The notes beneath the pieces were generated by a model. The model was not told the origin of the DNA. It ran no database searches and saw only the letters and a list, made by a program, of their open reading frames with translations. A stretch of DNA of 42,057 nt from Octopus bimaculoides (Eukaryota), in the NCBI RefSeq assembly GCF_001194135.2, contig NC_068982.1, positions 3,435,786-3,477,842 of the forward strand. The letters run 5' to 3'. Each line of letters begins with the position of its first letter. The stretch's first letter is position 1. Below, piece by piece: positions 33,985 through 42,057 of the stretch. Both the position numbers and the translations under genes were made by a program.

Positions 33985-34720
33985 CTTCAATCTACAGGGA
34001 CATTATTAGAATACTTTCATTTACCCTGACATTTCTGTCACATTCACCCACTATTCAACAAATTCACGAAACAGAGAGAGACAGCGAGCTTTCTTTTTCT
34101 CTCTCCATCCCCTCTTTCGTTTCCAAATGGAACTTTTAAAAGTTGTTGAGGTCTTCACCGAACATAAAGGTATCTTTTCTCAGTCCTTTTATCCTTGTTC
34201 ACCATACGACCCCTCTCGCCATAGATACTTGACGGAGGAACGCCGCGTGCCCTGCCTTGTTAAAGGTGAGCGATCCTTACCATGGTCTTGGCCGCTTTGA
34301 GGGTTTGCCCTACTTGTGATATCATCCGTTCGACTTAACAAGTCAGTAATAATCGGGTACAGCACGAGTCCATGCAATAAGCCTTTGTTCCTCTCTGCGC
34401 ATATCGGGCACAGACTTATAGTTTCGTTCCTGTAGAATTTATCTCATGCCAGCAGTATCATTCAGAGCAGAGGTTTCTGGAAGTTATCCATGGTAGTTCC
34501 CGGCCTGAAAGTTTTCTGAAACAGATCAGCTAGTTCGTCCTTATTTCGATTTTCTCGAGAAAGTCATCGCTGTTACCCACCACTAGATCTATAAATGGTG
34601 ATGCCATATATATATAGAACTGCTATCGACCACATTTCCAGACTAGGAGAGGGCTGTGAGTACAGGACTTAGGAATTCTTATACTGCAAGAAGGAGCGCA
34701 GAGATTTCTAGCAAAGAAAG
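33985..34720 (-). mobile_element. L1/Tx1-like LINE 3' fragment, older copy related to 25613-26312
   Basis: ELADLFQKTF..., DKFYRNETISLCPICAE...LLHGLV (decayed zinc knuckle), AFLRQVSMARGVVW*TRIK, DTFMFGEDLNNF*KFHL, WVNV. Confidence 0.7.
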
Positions 34721-34789
34721 AAATGGAACCCTTTTTTATGATGCCAAACTCTGAGAAAAGTTTGAAAACGGTCTGAAATTCTATGGCTT

Positions 34790-34992
34790 TAAATTTTAAT
34801 ACAGCACCAGCAATTTTAGGGGGAAGCGTTTTGTCGATTACATCAACAGAGGTGCTTAATCGGTACTTTATTTAATCGACCACGAAATGATGAAAGATGA
34901 AGTTTATCTCGGCGAGATTTGAAACTCGAAACGTGAAAAGCTGGAAGAAATGATGCTAATCATTTTCTCTGATACTCTAACGTTTCTGCCAA
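34790..34992 (-). mobile_element. SINE family A (tail type 3), highly diverged
   Basis: CAGCACCAGCAATTTT...TTTAATCGACCACGAAATGATGAAAG...CTAACGTTTCTGCCA. Confidence 0.72.
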
Positions 34993-35139
34993 AAGAATTT
35001 ATAAATATCGTTGGAATATTCTCTTGAATTTTGCGTCAAAAGTATTGTTGTATGCACATTTTCGGAAATATTATAAATTCTTTGTAATTTTGGAAATAAA
35101 TTACTTCAATTTATTTCATTAGACCTGAATAACAAATGT

Positions 35140-35339
35140 TGACGACTATGATGACAACAACGACGACAACGACCATGATGATGATGATGATGATGATGAT
35201 GATGGCGAAGATGTCAACCACGAAGATTGCGATGAGGATGACGGTGATCATCATCATCACCACCACCATCATCATCATCATCATCACATCGTCATCAACA
35301 TCCTCACCACCACATCACCACCACCACATCACCACCACC

Positions 35340-35373
<34 letters not shown>

Positions 35374-35374
35374 A

Positions 35375-35407
<33 letters not shown>

Positions 35408-35410
35408 GCA
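35140..35410. repeat. (ATG)n followed by (CAT)n/(CAC)n trinucleotide tracts
   Basis: Direct reading. Confidence 0.92.
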
Positions 35411-35726
35411 AATTCTAAAGAAAAAGATTCAACGCGGAACCAGAGGGAGAGAGAGAGAGAGGTGGGGGTGGTGGAGAAAGACCTGTCTTGTAGCAGAGCC
35501 TGCAATAAAGGCCAGTCTTCGTTAATGTTGACGAAATTTAACCTTTGTATATTTCTGCTTCAGTTCGTTTTGTTTGTTTTTGCATTTGTGTGAATCTTTT
35601 CTCTCACAGATGAATAAATTCAACACATGAAAATGTCGTTTTTCTAACAGAAACATAAATTAGTATTTTAAAAGAATATAAACACAATGACTGTTAATGG
35701 CAAGTGTCGTCTTATTTATTACTACC

Positions 35727-35752
35727 ATAGCTGCTGCTGCTGCTGCTGCTGC

Positions 35753-35786
<34 letters not shown>

Positions 35787-35835
35787 ACTGGTGACTGTGT
35801 GACTGTGTGCGTGCGTGCGTGCGTGCGTGCGTGCG
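35727..35835. repeat. (GCT)n(GTT)n and (GCGT)n microsatellites
   Basis: Direct reading. Confidence 0.93.
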
Positions 35836-35959
35836 CACACTGTTGTATAGAATGGCGTTACAGTCGTTGAATGCTTTAATCCAAAGAGAATTGTCCTTCC
35901 CAAAATCCATTTGTTGCCGCAAATCTCAGATGTAATTAACTCAGAAATTTAGTTTTAAA

Positions 35960-36011
<52 letters not shown>

Positions 36012-36820
36012 GAGTGGTGGTGGTGCTGCTGGTGGGGAGGGCGACGACGACGACGACTATTAGCGCAACAACGACAACAATAATGATAATTATTATTATT
36101 ATTATTATTATAAGGACAATGAGANNNNNNNNNNNNNNNNNNNNNNNNNNNNNNNNNNNNNNNNNNNNNNNNNNNNNNNNNNNNNNNNNNNNNNNNNNNN
36201 NNNNNNNNNNNNNNNNNNNNNNNNNNNNNNNNNNNNNNNNNNNNNNNNNNNNNNNNNNNNNNNNNNNNNNNNNNNNNNNNNNNNNNNNNNNNNNNNNNNN
36301 NNNNNNNNNNNNNNNNNNNNNNNNNNNNNNNNNNNNNNNNNNNNNNNNNNNNNNNNNNNNNNNNNNNNNNNNNNNNNNNNNNNNNNNNNNNNNNNNNNNN
36401 NNNNNNNNNNNNNNNNNNNNNNNNNNNNNNNNNNNNNNNNNNNNNNNNNNNNNNNNNNNNNNNNNNNNNNNNNNNNNNNNNNNNNNNNNNNNNNNNNNNN
36501 NNNNNNNNNNNNNNNNNNNNNNNNNNNNNNNNNNNNNNNNNNNNNNNNNNNNNNNNNNNNNNNNNNNNNNNNNNNNNNNNNNNNNNNNNNNNNNNNNNNN
36601 NNNNNNNNNNNNNNNNNNNNNNNNNNNNNNNNNNNNNNNNNNNNNNNNNNNNNNNNNNNNNNNNNNNNNNNNNNNNNNNNNNNNNNNNNNNNNNNNNNNN
36701 NNNNNNNNNNNNNNNNNNNNNNNNNNNNNNNNNNNNNNNNNNNNNNNNNNNNNNNNNNNNNNNNNNNNNNNNNNNNNNNNNNNNNNNNNNNNNNNNNNNN
36801 NNNNNNNNNNNNNNNNNNNN

Positions 36821-37172
36821 GTGGTGGAGGAGGGAGGAGGAGGGGAGGGGAGCATAAGGGGGGAGTAGAGAAAGAAAGGAGGGGAGGGGGAAGGGGAGGG
36901 GAAAGAAAGGAGGAGGGATAGGAAGGACGAGGAGGAGAAGGAAAAGGAAAGACGAGGAGGAGGAAGGAGGAAAGAGGAAGAGGGATGAGAGAGGAGAGAG
37001 AAGAAGAAGAAGAAGAAGAAGAAGAGGAAGAGGGATGAAGAAGAAGAAGAAGCAGAAGAAGAAGAAGCAGAAGAAGAAGAGGAAGAGGGAAGAAGAAGAA
37101 GAAGAAGAAGAAGAAGAAGAAGAAGGAGAAGAAGAAGAAGAAGAAGAAGAAGAAGAAGAAGCAGAAGAAGAA

Positions 37173-37211
<39 letters not shown>

Positions 37212-37720
37212 TTGGAAGAAGAAGAAGAAGAAGAAGAAGAAGAAGAAGAATTGGAAGAAGAAGAAGAAGAAGAAGAAGAAGAAGAAGAAGAAGAAGAAGA
37301 AGAAAACAAGGACNNNNNNNNNNNNNNNNNNNNNNNNNNNNNNNNNNNNNNNNNNNNNNNNNNNNNNNNNNNNNNNNNNNNNNNNNNNNNNNNNNNNNNN
37401 NNNNNNNNNNNNNNNNNNNNNNNNNNNNNNNNNNNNNNNNNNNNNNNNNNNNNNNNATTGGAAGAAGAAGAAGAAGAAGAAGAAGAAGAAGAAGAAGAAG
37501 AAGAAGAAGAATTGGAAGAAGAAGAAGAAGAAGAAGAAGAAGAAGAAGAAGAAGAAGAATTGGAAGAAGAAGAAGAAGAAGAAGAAGAAGAAGAAGAAGA
37601 AGAAGAAGAAGAAAACAAGGACGATGACGAGAGGAAGGAAAACGAGATAGAGGAGAAGATCCAAGAAAAATGGAGGCAAGAGTACGAAGATGTAGGCCAA
37701 GAAGAAGAAGAAGAGGAAGC
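36821..37720. repeat. Purine-rich tract dominated by (GAA)n, spanning a gap
   Basis: Direct reading; source of the poly-E, poly-S and poly-F ORFs. Confidence 0.93.
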
Positions 37721-38747
37721 GGTTGTTTGTCTGCCTTCAGTCTATTTGTTAAATCAAGTTGTTTTGGGGGAGGTTCTTTACTTGGAAAGGTAAAGAATTC
37801 TCTGCGATTATGTCTCTGTCTATTTCGTTCTTTGACGTGTCGTTGATAACATGGCTTCTCCGTAAAGTATTACTCTGTCTATTATTGTTTTAGGTATCAA
37901 ATCAAATACGATTCTTCTAGAACTAACTTTCAATTTGATTGTGTCGAATACCTGCAACTCAACTTGGTCGTTCATCCTCAGAGTTTCCATAAAATAAAAT
38001 CCTCGCCGTATTCTTGGAATCCATGGCTTCGACTAAGCTCCACCGCTGCTCAAACTTGTTGGTCTCCTGTCTAAATCAGAAACCATTGTTGTTGTTATTA
38101 TTGTTGCTGCTGCTGCTGCTATTGTTGTTTTGGTATCGGCAAGTCGCCCCTTCAGGGCGCTCGTAATTTCTTTGTGTATCTAAACTGTGTTTGAAAAAAA
38201 TCTACGTTTAAAAATGTTGTACCAAGTTGTCAAACAGACCAACATCCAGAGAAGCTGCTCGGTTTCCGTTTCGCGGCGGAATTTGTTCGTTTTCTTTATT
38301 TGCAACTCATGTTTTAAAAGAGAATCGAAACACAGAGCCGAACTATTTGACACGTGACCGGAAAGAGAAAACAGTTTTGTAACAGTATCCTGACACCATC
38401 TTCCCAATCGTATTATCGGAAAACCGAAGCACCACCACCAATACCATCCTAGAAAGGTACAGCAATAGCAACAGCAACAATGAAACATTGGTTGGCGCTA
38501 GTGTCATCAGTATTATTGCCGCAACTGCTATAAACAAAGCGGCGACGACAACTACAATGGCGGCAAAATAAAGAAAACAACGCAGCAACAACAACAGTGA
38601 TATGACCCCATGGAAAGCAGCATGTGGACAAAAATAAAACTACACCATCGCCAGCACTACCACTATCACTAACTTGCTAACTTGCCAGCAGCAACCACGA
38701 GTGGCGACAGTAATGAAGCTATTCCTGAGATCTCTACGAGGTAGGTA

Positions 38748-38947
38748 CCGTAAATCCTCGAGTATAATCCGCACTTTTTTCCCAAAATTTAAAGGTCAAA
38801 ATCCCTGGTGCGTACTATATACGAGGTTAAAAATGAAAAATATTTTCAAAGCAAAATTTTCTAAGTAATGAATATGTAAAGGCAGTTTACCTAATATTTA
38901 TTTTTCACTGACGTTGTTGCTGTTATTTCTTTATTTTCTGCAAACAA
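38748..38947. mobile_element. Truncated copy of the 22512-22936 MITE (one end, opposite orientation)
   Basis: TA + CCGTAAATCCTCGAGTATAATCCGCACTTTTTTCCC...; reverse complement of about 22740-22936. Confidence 0.88.
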
Positions 38948-39153
38948 ACAATACCAAGAACAACAACACCAAAAGCAGAGATATCAGAGGCAGCAGCAGC
39001 GGCAACGACAACAGCAGCACACACCACGAAAACCCATCAAGCAACACTCGAACGAATATCGCTGAAGTTGCTCATGACGCGTCCCTCTGCGCCTCGGCCT
39101 TCAATGTCAGAAATTAACCAATGGATTCCTGCTCGTACCTCATTTAATAATCT

Positions 39154-39209
<56 letters not shown>

Positions 39210-39311
39210 TATATACAGTAGTTCTCCATTTTTTCCAACATCTTTTTTGCTCCTATAGCAATAGACTCTACGTTTCCAGAAAATTATATTCTACATCTGA
39301 TATGAGGACAG

Positions 39312-39352
<41 letters not shown>

Positions 39353-39354
<2 letters not shown>

Positions 39355-39675
39355 GAAAACTCACAACTTATTTTGCTTGGCATGATGGAGAGTGTCATCT
39401 GTCCCCAGCCAGCAGACTAAGGTGACACTTGTTTACTGGTCAGGCTTCAAGAACTCTGCGAAGAATTCTTGCAGTCCCAAGCAATGCTGATTTTTATAGA
39501 TGTTCTACCTTCACATTTGCACCAATCTCTTTCGGCCATGTTGGTAGTTGAGTGCTGATAATTCCAAGTGCATCAATTACTATTGGTATCACGTCTACTC
39601 TCCTCATTGACCACAACCTTCGCATTTCCCCATTTCAAATCGTCATAGTTGCTCAGTTTTTCTTCTTCTTTCTCT
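39353..39675 (-). mobile_element. R4/Dong-like RLE retrotransposon 3' fragment ending in (AAT)n
   Basis: RKLSNYDDLKW/EMRRLWSMRRVDVIPIVIDALG...KSALLGTARILRRVLEA* (stop at 39442-39440). The 3' UTR runs into (ATT)n at 39313-39352. Confidence 0.85.
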
Positions 39676-39762
39676 TTGGTTCGGTTGTCAGGACCAAAGA
39701 GTGGAATGGTCGGAGATTCGTATTCCACATTGACATGTTGTGCTTCAGGAGTATTATTAGCT

Positions 39763-39840
39763 AAGTACTGAGGTCAATGTAATCGATTGAACCTCCACGC
39801 ACAAAATGGCTGATCTGGTGCCAGAATTAGGATTATTGTT
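39763..39840 (+). mobile_element. SINE family A 3' half (tail type 3)
   Basis: AGTACTGAGGTCAATGTAATCGA...CAAAATGGCTGATCTGGTGCCAGAATT. Confidence 0.55.
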
Positions 39841-39869
39841 ATTGGTATTTTTTATTCAAGTCTGGGCGT

Positions 39870-39914
39870 GTGTATGTGCTTGTGGGCGCGTGCGTATGTG
39901 TGTGTGCCTATACG

Positions 39915-39947
<33 letters not shown>

Positions 39948-40211
39948 NNNNNNNNNNNNNNNNNNNNNNNNNNNNNNNNNNNNNNNNNNNNNNNNNNNNN
40001 NNNNNNNNNNNNNNNNNNNNNNNNNNNNNNNNNNNNNNNNNNNNNNNNNNNNNNNNNNNNNNNNNNNNNNNNNNNNNNNGTGTGTGCGTGTGTGCGTGTG
40101 TGTGCGTGTGTATGTGCGTGTGTATGTGTGTGTGTGCCTGTGTGCCACTGTGTGTGTGTATGCTTGTGTGCGCGTATGTGTGTGTGTCTGCGTGTGTGTG
40201 TGCGCGTACGT

Positions 40212-40242
<31 letters not shown>

Positions 40243-40375
40243 CGTGCCTCTGTGTGTGTCTGCCTCTGTGTGTGTGTCTGCCTCTCTGTGTGTGTGTGCG
40301 TGTATATGCGTGTATGCGCCAGGGTGTGTGTGTGTGTGTTTGTATGTATGTGTGTGTGTCTGCGTGTGTGTGCAC
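39870..40375. repeat. Degenerate (TG)n tract with a gap
   Basis: Direct reading. Confidence 0.93.
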
Positions 40376-40957
40376 GTACAGACACAGCTAAATTGGTCGT
40401 TGTCTACGGGTTAATAAAATGAGTTCCATACCAGATACTAGATTCGATTGAAACAATTTTATCGATCATTTTACATAATCGACCTTACATCAATCTGAAA
40501 GAAATTATTATTAGTTCATTCACAGGTTTGCAGTTCCTATACAAGATTTTGACCTGGATTCCACGGTATTGGCATGCAATCCATTTGGTGACTTATTGCA
40601 GCAACATACCTCAGTGGAGATGCACATAATTGCAAATGGATTCTTCTCTCAACCCTTTTCTATTTTTCTACTTTTCTCATACTTATCATCATTATGTATT
40701 TTATCTTTTTCTCTTTATTATTATTATCAATATTATTTTTCATTTCTTTTTACCATATATTTATTTATTTATTTTGTTTTTATTAAGTGCTTTCACTACA
40801 CAACAGAGAACAGTCCTGTGGGCCTTTGGCTATGTACAATGTTTCGTTTTGATTTTGTATTTTCGACTGCATTCAAAATATTTTGCGTGATATGTGCGCA
40901 ATACTTAGTTGTGTCATTTGCCACGTGTTGTATAGATTTTTAAGTCGTCATGTACCT

Positions 40958-40977
40958 TTATTATTGTTATTATTATT

Positions 40978-41035
<58 letters not shown>
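40958..41035. repeat. (TTA)n/(TTG)n microsatellite
   Basis: Direct reading. Confidence 0.95.
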
Positions 41036-41810
41036 TTCTTCTTTTTTCTTCTTGCCGTTGTTGTTCTTCTATGGTTGACAGGAATCAAAGAGCCTTTCTT
41101 TATCTTCCATCCATGATTCTAGGACTGTTTTATCAAACTGTCAGATTAAAAAAAAAAAAGGAATTCATTTTGCATAGCAGAATACACAGTTCTTTGCTAA
41201 ATATTTTCAGATCGATACAAAAACAGGTGGTCGGATTCAATTGAAAACTAGTAATAAAAAATAAGAAAAAAAGAAAAACAGAACGAATATTAGGTGTTTG
41301 TTATTTTTTTCTCGTTTGATTGAATTTTCAAAGGTGTTGTGTCAACTGATAAAAGAACCCTTCTGTGACCGATCTAATATTTAATGCCTCATGATAGATA
41401 GGTTCGGGCGAATAATGATTGTTATATTAAAATCTGGGGAACTCTTATATCTTGGTCAGGCTTTTATGAAATAATTCCCCTTTTACGGTTATTATTGGCC
41501 AATACACTAGCGGGAAGAAAATATCGATTGCCAAAATGTTAGCTAATATCAACGATTTTTTTATAGTCATTTTTTTTTTCATTCTACCGTTCGAAATTAT
41601 TAAATTATAACTGATAAATCCATAGATTTCGGTCACTGCGTTTTATATAATGGAATATTAAGGACAGATGAAAACTCCCTAAGGATTCCTCAGCGAATAT
41701 ATATTTGATTTTGATCCAAGTAGTTAAACTAGAAGCAATGATATTCTAAGATATGGAAACAGCGTCCGATTTTTGTTGCGTACGGCCCTTTCTCTAAATA
41801 TATATATATA

Positions 41811-42040
41811 TTTATTTCTTTATTGCCCACAAGGTGTTAAACATAGAGGGGACAAACAAGGACAGACAAAGGGATTAAGTCGATTGCATCGACCTCAGTG
41901 CATAACTGGTACTTATTTAATCGACCCCGAAAGGATGAAGGGCAAAGTCGACCTCGGCGGAATTTGAACTCAGAACGTAACGGCAGACGAAACACCGCTA
42001 AGCATTTCGCCCGGCATGCTAACGATTCTGCCAGCTCGCC
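41811..42040 (-). mobile_element. SINE family A (tail type 2), well preserved
   Basis: Reverse complement GGCGAGCTGGCAGAATCGTTAGC...GAGTTCAAATTCCGCC...CCTTGTGGGCAATAAAGAAAT. Confidence 0.93.
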
Positions 42041-42057
42041 TTTTATATTTATATATA

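Noticed and set aside
37211-37622. Apparent higher-order repeat (GAA)n-TTG-(GAA)n-GAAAACAAGGAC on both sides of a gap
   Set aside because: Most likely overlapping contig ends or haplotypes left unmerged across the gap at 37314-37456.
37035-37793. 252-aa poly-glutamate ORF
   Set aside because: It is a (GAA)n microsatellite read through an N-gap. There is no domain content, and the other frames and strand are similarly open.
37800-38050. Acceptor-like TTTTAG followed by a 59-codon frame; the minus strand has VILYG (RTE-like)
   Set aside because: Both readings are weak and contradict each other; left uncalled.

Overview
This is AT-rich eukaryotic non-coding DNA with nine N-gaps (1141-1627, 7089-7729, 8510-8531, 10684-11072, 13510-14452, 30064-30688, 36125-36820, 37314-37456, 39948-40079). 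The SINE families and extreme microsatellite load look like an Octopus genome; that is an inference from recalled repeat sequences, not a database result. No host protein-coding gene is established, and almost all long ORFs in the track are microsatellite or N artefacts. The window is a mosaic of microsatellites and about 20 copies or fragments of tRNA-derived SINEs. It also holds decayed non-LTR retrotransposons (five R4/Dong-like RLE fragments, two L1/Tx1-like, one CR1-like, one RTE-like) and Tc1/mariner elements (a near full-length DD36E Tc1-like pseudo-transposon, a mariner deletion derivative, a Tc2/pogo-like MITE). The most interesting system is a short retroelement built from a tRNA-Arg-like Pol III head, an (AAT)n linker and a tail that folds into a minimal type I hammerhead ribozyme of the kind found in Penelope-like elements. 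The tail occurs four times: in one complete element, in one split at its (AAT)n linker by a TAA-targeting R4/Dong-like retrotransposon, and as a head-to-head inverted pair.
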